From: Candidatus Methanoperedens sp.
Lineage (GTDB): Archaea > Halobacteriota > Methanosarcinia > Methanosarcinales > Methanoperedenaceae
Direction of reading: 5' to 3'
Assembly (NCBI GenBank): GCA_027460535.1
Contig: JAPZAR010000014.1
Coordinates: 30,001-62,000 of the forward strand
Length of the DNA: 32,000 nt
Shown: piece after piece, positions 18,404 through 25,333 of the stretch
Layout of the letters: every line of letters starts with the position of its first letter
Position numbering within the stretch: the first letter of the stretch is position 1
Made by a program: the position numbers and the translations under genes
The notes under the pieces: model-generated
The model's input: the letters and a program-made list of their open reading frames with translations, nothing else
Told to the model about the DNA's origin: nothing
Databases searched by the model: none

Positions 18404-19264
18404 TTATTCCACTTCCAGTGACTGTTTGCTTTCCAGTAATCCTTCCCAGGGATCGTTCTTCCTTTTTAGGACAGTAAATATGTTGAACTCTTCAGGTCTT
18501 AATCCTTTCTTAAGTTCCTTCCATTCCAGTGGTGTAGATACCGGTGCATGCGCTTCAGCTCGCAGGCTATAGGGAGCGATCATAGTCTTTCCGTGGTTAT
18601 TTTGCATGAAATCTATAAAGATAGTTCCGGGATCCCTGGAGTTTCTGAACTCTGATACAACAAGTTCAGACTCTCTTGCCAGGAACTTTCCGATTTGATG
18701 AACAAATTCCCTCGTCTGCTTGAAATTATAATTTCTTATAATGGGAAGGACAACATGCAGTCCCTTTTTGCCCGAGGTTTTGACAAATGACCTGAAGCTG
18801 AGTTCATCCAGCTTTTCCTTCAATAAAAAAGCGGTATCTATGACATCATCAAAGGAACAGGGAGGTTCGGGATCTATATCAAAAAACACAAGATCAGGTG
18901 TATCATAATTATCAATCGTTGAAAGGGTGATGTTTATCTCCAGGGCGGCCAGATTCGCCATCCAGATGAGGGTGTCAAGATCATTGCATACAACGTAGTC
19001 TATCTCCCGCTGTGCTGTCTCTGAGAATATATTAAAAGTTTTAACCCAGGGCGGCATGCCTGCCGGTGCATCCTTTTCATAGAATCCATCTTTATCTACA
19101 CCATCAGGGTACCTGTTCATGACAATGACCCTGTTCTTCAGGAACCCCAGCATCCGGGGGGCGATCCTGATATAGTATTCCAAGACCTGGGATTTTTTCA
19201 ACTCCAACCCGGGATAGAGTACCTTCTCAAGATTAGTGAATGATACTTTGGTGAGATCGTCCAT
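18404..19264 (-). CDS. LigD polymerase/primase domain protein (NHEJ Pol/Prim-PolC type)
   Basis: 286 aa. FTNLEKVLYP...YYIRIAP...NRYPDGVDKDGFYEKDAP and FFDIDP...SGKKGLHV are archaeo-eukaryotic primase-type LigD PolDom motifs. The stop lies 1 nt from the Ku start. Confidence 0.85.
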   Translation of the reverse strand: MDDLTKVSFTNLEKVLYPGLELKKSQVLEYYIRIAPRMLGFLKNRVIVMNRYPDGVDKDGFYEKDAPAGMPPWVKTFNIFSETAQREIDYVVCNDLDTLIWMANLAALEINITLSTIDNYDTPDLVFFDIDPEPPCSFDDVIDTAFLLKEKLDELSFRSFVKTSGKKGLHVVLPIIRNYNFKQTREFVHQIGKFLARESELVVSEFRNSRDPGTIFIDFMQNNHGKTMIAPYSLRAEAHAPVSTPLEWKELKKGLRPEEFNIFTVLKRKNDPWEGLLESKQSLEVE

Positions 19265-19854
19265 TATGATTATATTATCTGGGTTGATAAATAACTCTTC
19301 AGGATATCAGTTCAGGAATGCAATTCTATTAAATCTGCTCAAAGATAATAATTCTTAATAACTGCAAGGAATTCTCAATTGAAAGAATTGTATGCAGGAG
19401 GGCTCCAGGCTGCTATCACGTTGGCAACGGTTGAGACGCGGTTGAAAACTAATATAGGTTACAATATTCCATTCCCCTTAAAGGATTACTATCTTTAAAT
19501 GATATAAATTATTAAAACTTTCCTTTATTTACTTATGGTCTTCAGTTTTTGATTCCATTTGATATTCGAGTTCCTTACAGTTTTAGTCACTGACTTCGTT
19601 TTGAAAACGAGCATCACGGCACCGGTATATGAGAAGTTCTAGAGTTTGTTTGTTGTTATGACGTATATCGGCAGATTAGGGCATGTGAATAATAATGATA
19701 ATACGTAATGGAAAATAGGAAAAAGCGATTGCCGCATGGGATGATGAAGAGTATTGGGATATTAGGTGGTTGAATTATAGCTTTGCAAGGCGCATGCCGA
19801 AATTCAGGACAACGGCTGTTTTGTTAAGTCCCGAAGTGTTCTTTACCTCCCATT

Positions 19855-21294
19855 TCATTTAATAGGAATACATGTACATATCTTATCGCAGGAACAGTAG
19901 TAACCGTCTCCGTAAGATGGGGCAGATGGAGCAGACGGGGCAACATATGTTCCAGGAACACAGTTACATGTGCAGATTGCACCTGATGGGATTGGTGAAC
20001 CGCAAGGAAGGGTATATACAAAACCTTCTTCTGACTTATATTTCATTGCCTTTTTATCTTTGTCCAGAGTTGCTGGGTCAAAGAGACATGTTAAGAATTT
20101 ACCTGATGGCATCTCCCAGAGCTTGACAGTTTCATCAGATGATCCTGATGCAAGTAACTTTCCATCCGGGCTGAAGGAAACAGCATTGACAGCATTTGTA
20201 TGTCCCTCCAATATTTTGAGCAAGTTACCTGATGGCATCTCCCAGAGCTTAACAGTTTCATCAGATGATCCTGATGCAAGGAGTTTTCCATCCGGGCTGA
20301 AGGAAACAGCATTGACAGCATTTGTATGTCTTCCCAATGTTTTGAGCAAGTTACCTGATGGCATCTCCCAGAGCTTGATAGTTTCATCAGATGATCCTGA
20401 TGCAAGGAGTTTTCCGTCCGGGCTGAAGGAAACAGCATTGACAGCATTTGTATGTCTTCCCAATGTTTTGAGCAAGTTACCTGATGGCATCTCCCAGAGC
20501 TTGATAGTTTCATCAGATGATCCTGATGCAAGTAACTTTCCATCTGGACTGAAGGTAACGGCATTGACAGCATTTGTATGCCCTTTCAATGTCTTGGGGA
20601 GCTCTGCAGACGAAAGGTTCCAGAGCTTGATAGTCGTATCGAAACTTCCTGATGCGAGAAATCTGCCGTCTGGACTGAACGAGACAGAATTAACATAATC
20701 TGTATGCCCCTTCAGTGTCTTGAGATATTCTCGAGATAAGGTCTTCCATAGATTAATGGTCTTGTCGTTTGATGCCGATGCCATAAGATTGCCATCTTGG
20801 CTGAATGAGACTGAATTGATATCACCTCTCTGCATATCCAATATATCATCTATCCATGGATTTAGGGGTTCTCCAGAAGGCATCTCCCAAAATTTGATGC
20901 CTTTTTCGCTGATGCCATAATCCGATGCTGATACGAGGAGTTTTCCATCTGGGCTGAAGGAAACAGCCTTGACACTTTCTGTATGTGCCCTGATGCTTTC
21001 GTCACATCCTCCCACCATACTCTCTGGTGTAGGTTCAGGTGTAGGCTCAAGTGTAGGTTTAGATACGATTGATTGTTCTGGTAACGCCGTGATTTCTGGT
21101 GAAATGGATTCCGATTTAGGGGCAATACAACCACTGAGTGCACCTATTCCGATGGCAGAGGTTATTAAAAATCCACGCCTTCCCATCCTCCAGTCCACAT
21201 CGATATCTTCAAGACCGTAGACCATGGGTTCTTCCTTGCTCCCATCGGAATATATTCTCTGCAATCTAAAATTTTGTTTTTTGAATTTACTCAT
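19855..21294 (-). CDS. Tat-signal/lipobox seven-bladed WD40 repeat protein with Cys-rich C-terminal tail (copy 1)
   Basis: 479 aa. AAAGGAGG is the RBS. The Tat motif plus lipobox is MGRRGFLITSAIGIGALSGC, followed by the linker PTLEPTPEPTPES. There are seven repeats of ..GHT..V.AVSFSPDGKLLASGS.D.T.KLWEMPSG... The tail is PCGSPIPSGAICTCNCVPGTYVAPS...YYCSCDKICTCIPIK (9 Cys). Confidence 0.9.
   Translation of the reverse strand: MSKFKKQNFRLQRIYSDGSKEEPMVYGLEDIDVDWRMGRRGFLITSAIGIGALSGCIAPKSESISPEITALPEQSIVSKPTLEPTPEPTPESMVGGCDESIRAHTESVKAVSFSPDGKLLVSASDYGISEKGIKFWEMPSGEPLNPWIDDILDMQRGDINSVSFSQDGNLMASASNDKTINLWKTLSREYLKTLKGHTDYVNSVSFSPDGRFLASGSFDTTIKLWNLSSAELPKTLKGHTNAVNAVTFSPDGKLLASGSSDETIKLWEMPSGNLLKTLGRHTNAVNAVSFSPDGKLLASGSSDETIKLWEMPSGNLLKTLGRHTNAVNAVSFSPDGKLLASGSSDETVKLWEMPSGNLLKILEGHTNAVNAVSFSPDGKLLASGSSDETVKLWEMPSGKFLTCLFDPATLDKDKKAMKYKSEEGFVYTLPCGSPIPSGAICTCNCVPGTYVAPSAPSAPSYGDGYYCSCDKICTCIPIK
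20099..20602. repeat. four near-identical 126-bp (42-codon) tandem repeats inside WD40 copy 1
   Basis: Unit starts (TTACCTGATGGCATCTCCCAGAGCTT) fall at 20099, 20225, 20351 and 20477. Units 20225-20350 and 20351-20476 differ at only 3 of 126 positions and encode identical 42-aa blades. Confidence 0.9.
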
Positions 21295-21314
21295 CTACTT
21301 TCCTCCTTTGATAA

Positions 21315-21567
21315 TTACCAGGATTTGTTCTTATTGACCAGGATCATCTCACCACTTTTCTTCATTTTATCTAAGATTAAAAATTTTGTCAATTCTTGAT
21401 TAACATAGCATCGTTCAGTCGGATGATATCCATCAATAGTCTTTTCTGAAAGTGTCTTAATAGCACAATCTCCGGCACAATGCCACTTGCAGAAACAAGC
21501 CTCGTAATGAGGGATTTGTTCTACAGTATGATTGAAATGGCAGAGAAGTTTTTCCTTATCAATAAAA
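21315..21567 (-). pseudogene. truncated copy of the rSAM/SPASM gene 3' end (SPASM-domain fragment)
   Basis: It encodes FIDKEKLLCHFNHTVEQIPHYEACFCKWHCAGDCAIKTLSEKTIDGYHPTERCYVNQELTKFLILDKMKKSGE.., nearly identical to the C-terminus of the 498-aa enzyme. The radical SAM core is missing. The first Cys of the Cx2Cx5Cx3C motif is replaced by Tyr. The upstream part of the 132-aa ORF-track ORF merely reads through the 3' end of WD40 copy 2 out of frame. Confidence 0.75.
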
Positions 21568-21624
21568 TTTTTATTATGGCGATTTATAAGATGTTTTGTA
21601 TGTGCTATTGTTAGGTTCAAGATT

Positions 21625-23001
21625 TCATTTAATAGGTATGCATGTGCATATTTTATTGCATGAACAGTAACTACCACCACCATAACTACCACCGCCATTG
21701 CCCACACACACACAACTCACAGATGGCGCAACGTAAGTTCCGGGAACACAGTTACATGTGCAGATGGCACCTGATGGAATTGGTGAGCCGCAAGGAAGGG
21801 TATATGCAAAACCTTCTTCTGAATTATATTTCATTGCCTTTTCATCATGGTCTAGAGTTGCTGGATCAAAGAGGCATGTTAAGAATTTACCTGATGGTAT
21901 CTCCCAGAGCTTGACAGTTTTATCCCATGATCCTGATGCAAGTAATTTTCCGTCAGGACTAAAGGAAACAGCACGGACATTCTCTGTATGTCCTTCCAAT
22001 GTTTTGAGCAAGTTACCTGATGGCATCTCCCAGAGCTTGATAGTTTGATCCCCTGATCCTGATGCAAAGAGCTTTCCGTCCGGGCTGAAGGAAACAGTAT
22101 TGACATCAGCTGTATGTCCTTCCAATATTTTGAGCAACCTACCTGATGGGATCTTCCAGAGCTTGACAGTTTGATCCGCTGATCCTGATGCAAGCAGCTT
22201 TCCGTCCGGGCTGAAGGAAACAGCATTGACATCAGCTGTATGTCCTTCCCATGTTTTGAGCAAGTTACCTGATGGCATCTCCCAGAGCTTGACAGTTTCC
22301 CATGATCCTGATGCAAGTAATTTTCCGTCCGGGCTGAAGGAAACAGCATTGACCTCAGCTGTATGTCCTTCCAATGTTTTGAGCAAGTTACCTGATGGCA
22401 TCTCCCAGAGCTTGACAGTTTGATCCGCTGATCCTGATGCAAGCAGCTTTCCGTCCGGGCTGAAGGAAACAGCATTGACGAAATTTGTGTGTCCCCGCAA
22501 TACTTCGAGGTATTTACCTGATGGCATCTCCAAGAGCTTGATAGTTTGATCCAACAAATAATCCTTTGATCCTGATGCAAGGAGCTTTCCGTCTGGACTG
22601 AAGGAAACAGCATTGACATCAGATCTATATTCCTCCAATGTTTTGAGGTAGTTACCTGATGGCATCTCCCAGAGCTTGATAGTTTTATCCCCCGATCCTG
22701 ATGCAAGCAGCTTTCCGTCCAAGCTGAAAGAAAGAGCAAAGACAGCATCAGTATGTGCCCTGATGTTTTCGGCACATTTTCCCTCCATATTCTCAGGCGT
22801 AGGTTCAGGTGTTGATTCCGATTTGGGGGCAATACAACCACTGAGTACACCTATTCCGATTGCAGAGGTTATTAAAAATCCACGCCTTCCCATCCTCCAG
22901 TCCACATCGATATCCTCAAGTCCGTAGACCTTAGGTTCTTCCTTGCTCCCATCTGAAAATATTCTCTGCAATCTAAAATTTTGTTTTTGGAATTTACTCA
23001 T
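21625..23001 (-). CDS. Tat-signal/lipobox seven-bladed WD40 repeat protein with Cys-rich C-terminal tail (copy 2)
   Basis: 458 aa. AAGGAG is the RBS. The start overlaps the rSAM/SPASM stop by 4 nt. It has the same N-terminal 62 aa as copy 1 (4 substitutions), seven WD40 blades and the tail PCGSPIPSGAICTCNCVPGTYVAPSVSCVCVGNGGGSYGGGSYCSCNKICTCIPIK (11 Cys). Confidence 0.9.
   Translation of the reverse strand: MSKFQKQNFRLQRIFSDGSKEEPKVYGLEDIDVDWRMGRRGFLITSAIGIGVLSGCIAPKSESTPEPTPENMEGKCAENIRAHTDAVFALSFSLDGKLLASGSGDKTIKLWEMPSGNYLKTLEEYRSDVNAVSFSPDGKLLASGSKDYLLDQTIKLLEMPSGKYLEVLRGHTNFVNAVSFSPDGKLLASGSADQTVKLWEMPSGNLLKTLEGHTAEVNAVSFSPDGKLLASGSWETVKLWEMPSGNLLKTWEGHTADVNAVSFSPDGKLLASGSADQTVKLWKIPSGRLLKILEGHTADVNTVSFSPDGKLFASGSGDQTIKLWEMPSGNLLKTLEGHTENVRAVSFSPDGKLLASGSWDKTVKLWEIPSGKFLTCLFDPATLDHDEKAMKYNSEEGFAYTLPCGSPIPSGAICTCNCVPGTYVAPSVSCVCVGNGGGSYGGGSYCSCNKICTCIPIK
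21887..22765. repeat. seven WD40-blade tandem repeats (about 126-bp period) inside WD40 copy 2
   Basis: Unit starts fall at about 21887, 22013, 22139, 22265, 22388, 22514 and 22652. The periods are 126, 126, 126, 123, 126 and 138 bp. The units are more diverged than the core repeats of copy 1. Confidence 0.85.
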
Positions 23002-24494
23002 ATTCTTTTCTCCTTTGATAATGGCAAAGAAATTTTCTTATTGACCATGATCAACTCACCACTTTTCTTCATCTTATCTAAGATTAAAAATTTTGTCAAT
23101 TCTTGATTTGCATAGCATCTTTCAGTCGGATGATATCTATCAATAGTATTTTCTGAAAGTGTCTTGATAGCACAATCTCCGGCACAATGCCACTTGCAGA
23201 AACAAGCATCACAATGAGGGATTTGTTCTACGGTATGATTGAAATGGCTGAGAAGTTTTTCTTTATCAATAAAAAACTGCCCATCTCCTTTATAATTTCC
23301 CACTATGAAGTTTCGGCTCAAAGGGTGTTCCTGGCTGTAAGTTTCAAAACAAGTTGTAATGTCGCCATCTGGAGTGACAACCAGCGCACGGCATGCAGCC
23401 AGACAGAACCGCTGGGTCAGTACTTCTAACCTGGCACCTGAATAAAACATATCTATTTGATGCTTTTCAGCTTCCTTAAATCCCATAATAAATTGGTCAA
23501 TAAATATATTGAGATCAATGATAGCAGATTTGTTTTCTTTTGCTCTTCCCACATCAAAGACTGGCTCAATCTGTATTTTTTTGGGTTTAAAATTTTTACA
23601 GATATAAGAAATATTTTCTGCTAAATAACGAACCGAGTTATTGGTTACAGTCATTCGTATGCCATAAGAGAATTGCGCTTGATCAAGAGCATGTAATGTT
23701 TCAGCAACCCTTGGAAATGAGTCATTTTTATTTATAGTTGGTCTCTGGATATTTTGAATAGAGGGAAGACCATCGAAAGAAAGGCTCAGCTCGGTAAAAT
23801 TCTGAATTATATAATGGAGTACCTTTTCAGGCCAATAACCATTGAAAGAGCCTGTCAAATGCAATTGGATATTATTCTTTTTTGAAAGGGAATGAGCATA
23901 TTCAGTGGCTTTGGTCAATACTTCCCAATTAAGTGTTGGTTCTCCACCCCCATGAAAGCCAAGGGTCATAGTAGGAGATTGATTCTTGATAACCTCTCCC
24001 ATAACAAAATCGATACCAGCTTTGGCTATCTCCCATGGCATCTGTTGTGACTTGTGCTCTCCCGAAGATGCATAACAATAAGAACATCGAAGATTGCACT
24101 GGTTAGTCAAAAAGAGGATGACTGCATCATATTGAATACCTTTTTGCTGGTATTCGTCTTCAGGGAGAGCCTCAAGCTGGAAGAAATCAAGCTTTTGCAG
24201 AAAATCCAGATCAGTCCTCATCTTTTCAAAACGAGGCGTACCAGAAGGTGTGCGAAAGCTTTTAGGAATGGATGTATTCAAATTCGAGCATTGCTCGAAA
24301 ATAGCATTCACTAGAGACGTATTGCCAATAAAAGCTATCCCTTTGAGAGGGGCATATATAAGATATTTCTCATTATCAAGAGGCACGGAAAATATTTGTT
24401 GTAATATATTGTTCTCTTCTTTATTTTTTGTTACTTCTTTTCTTACCTTTATATCAGAAAACTCATTCAAGTTCACACACCACCTCATCGCCAT
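22998..24494 (-). CDS. radical SAM/SPASM-domain enzyme (anSME/peptide-maturase-like)
   Basis: 498 aa. It has CNLRCSYC (Cx3Cx2C), GGEPTL, then the C-terminal motifs FCLAAC...TPDGDITTC...CDACFCKWHCAGDC (Cx2Cx5Cx3C)...ERC, a full SPASM auxiliary-cluster pattern. An N-terminal extension of about 115 aa precedes the core and is a possible substrate-recognition domain. Confidence 0.85.
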   Translation of the reverse strand: MAMRWCVNLNEFSDIKVRKEVTKNKEENNILQQIFSVPLDNEKYLIYAPLKGIAFIGNTSLVNAIFEQCSNLNTSIPKSFRTPSGTPRFEKMRTDLDFLQKLDFFQLEALPEDEYQQKGIQYDAVILFLTNQCNLRCSYCYASSGEHKSQQMPWEIAKAGIDFVMGEVIKNQSPTMTLGFHGGGEPTLNWEVLTKATEYAHSLSKKNNIQLHLTGSFNGYWPEKVLHYIIQNFTELSLSFDGLPSIQNIQRPTINKNDSFPRVAETLHALDQAQFSYGIRMTVTNNSVRYLAENISYICKNFKPKKIQIEPVFDVGRAKENKSAIIDLNIFIDQFIMGFKEAEKHQIDMFYSGARLEVLTQRFCLAACRALVVTPDGDITTCFETYSQEHPLSRNFIVGNYKGDGQFFIDKEKLLSHFNHTVEQIPHCDACFCKWHCAGDCAIKTLSENTIDRYHPTERCYANQELTKFLILDKMKKSGELIMVNKKISLPLSKEKRI

Positions 24495-24585
24495 CCAATT
24501 TTATTTTTGCAACACCCATCCACTTAGAGTACTCGGCTTAAAGTGTATGCGTTCCTATTTTTTCTATAAGTTTATCCATATTTAG

Positions 24586-25299
24586 TCACCCCTTGCGTTC
24601 AACCCACCCGATAAAGACGTATAAGCCACCAGTTAACATTGTGAAATAGAATGCCAAACCTCCACTAAAATGAAATACAATATTTGGGTCCGAGGGTTCC
24701 ACAAAAGACTTAAGAATACTTAGTGAGAAAAGATCGAGCCCTACTATGAGAAGACCAGGGAAAAAAGTCCACTTAATATATTTTCTGGCAATTTCAGTAG
24801 AGTGCGCAGTAGCAATTCTATACTCTGTATATTCCAAGATGAGAAGCAGGGGAGTAAGGATGAAACTCATTCCAAAAACCAAATTAGTATTATCATATCG
24901 AGCACTATATTGGCCTAAACTCGTGAGTCCACTATCATCTATTATATAACCGCCCCAAGTAGCGAAATCAGCTATATAAAATATAATCAACGCCAGTAGA
25001 GGCAAGATTATCAGAATAATCGAGCCTGTTCGACTTTTGTGTATATAACTAACAGGTGCTACGCCGTCTTCTATCTTTTGGACATCATGCTCTTCTTTAT
25101 TGAGCACTCTTTTGTCAATAGGGATTTCATTTTCTGGCACTGTTTTATTTTTAAAAAGTGCTGGATAACAATCCTGACAGTAATAAAAGCTCAACATATT
25201 TTTGCGCAAGCATTCTGCACAGAAAGGCGCACCACAGTCATCACATAGTCTGACTGCGTTTTTGTTTGGATGGTTGTTACATTCAACAGCTTGTTCCAT
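24586..25299 (-). CDS. B-box/zinc-ribbon domain membrane protein
   Basis: 237 aa. The N-terminus CNNHPNKNAVRLCDDCGAPFCAECL...CQDC follows a Cx2Hx7Cx2Cx4Cx2C pattern. It is followed by about five hydrophobic helices. Confidence 0.65.
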   Translation of the reverse strand: MEQAVECNNHPNKNAVRLCDDCGAPFCAECLRKNMLSFYYCQDCYPALFKNKTVPENEIPIDKRVLNKEEHDVQKIEDGVAPVSYIHKSRTGSIILIILPLLALIIFYIADFATWGGYIIDDSGLTSLGQYSARYDNTNLVFGMSFILTPLLLILEYTEYRIATAHSTEIARKYIKWTFFPGLLIVGLDLFSLSILKSFVEPSDPNIVFHFSGGLAFYFTMLTGGLYVFIGWVERKG

Positions 25300-25333
25300 A
25301 TTTATGTTTTCTTTTTCTTAATTTAAGATGGTG

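Larger units (their letters stand above)
19851..23276. repeat. two-copy tandem segmental duplication (unit about 1.7 kb: WD40 gene plus 3' end of the rSAM/SPASM gene)
   Basis: 19852-21567 aligns by eye with 21622-23276, covering the same gene ends, RBS regions and SPASM-coding 3' end. The junction lies at about 21568-21621. Confidence 0.8.

Noticed and set aside
19580-19608. CRISPR-repeat-like sequence GTTTTAGTCACTGACTTCGTTTTGAAAAC in the 590-bp intergenic region.
   Set aside because: Only one copy is present, apart from a loose GTTGAAAAC about 130 nt upstream. There is no regular repeat-spacer periodicity and no cas genes in the window, so this is not an array.
19265-19854. Search for a tRNA, ncRNA or small gene in the 590-bp intergenic region, which includes a local GC-rich patch near 19399-19445.
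   Set aside because: No cloverleaf-compatible arms, convincing stem-loops or ORFs longer than about 21 codons with start context were found by eye. It is probably the promoter region of the NHEJ operon plus the 3' UTR of WD40 copy 1.
19970-20698. Long alternative-frame and antisense ORFs across the WD40 repeats. Examples are 19970-20698 (+, 242 aa), 20091-20573 (-, 160 aa), 21879-22850 (-, 323 aa), 21758-22048 (+) and 22226-22423 (+).
   Set aside because: They are themselves periodic with the 126-bp repeat and have low-complexity, non-protein-like sequences. They exist only because one stop-free repeat unit is copied many times. The WD40 frame has strong RBSs and clear domain signatures.
21315-21713. 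132-aa ORF read as an intact gene.
   Set aside because: Its N-terminal ~45 codons (MCVWAMAVVVMVVVV...) read out of frame through the 3' end of WD40 copy 2. Only the C-terminal ~86 codons are homologous to the rSAM/SPASM enzyme. It is treated as a truncated pseudogene fragment.
24538-24579. 13-codon ORF (MDKLIEKIGTHTL) between the B-box gene and the rSAM gene, considered as a possible precursor peptide.
   Set aside because: It has no Cys or other typical SPASM-substrate residues and no RBS, and its length is compatible with chance. The Cys-rich WD40 tails are far better substrate candidates.
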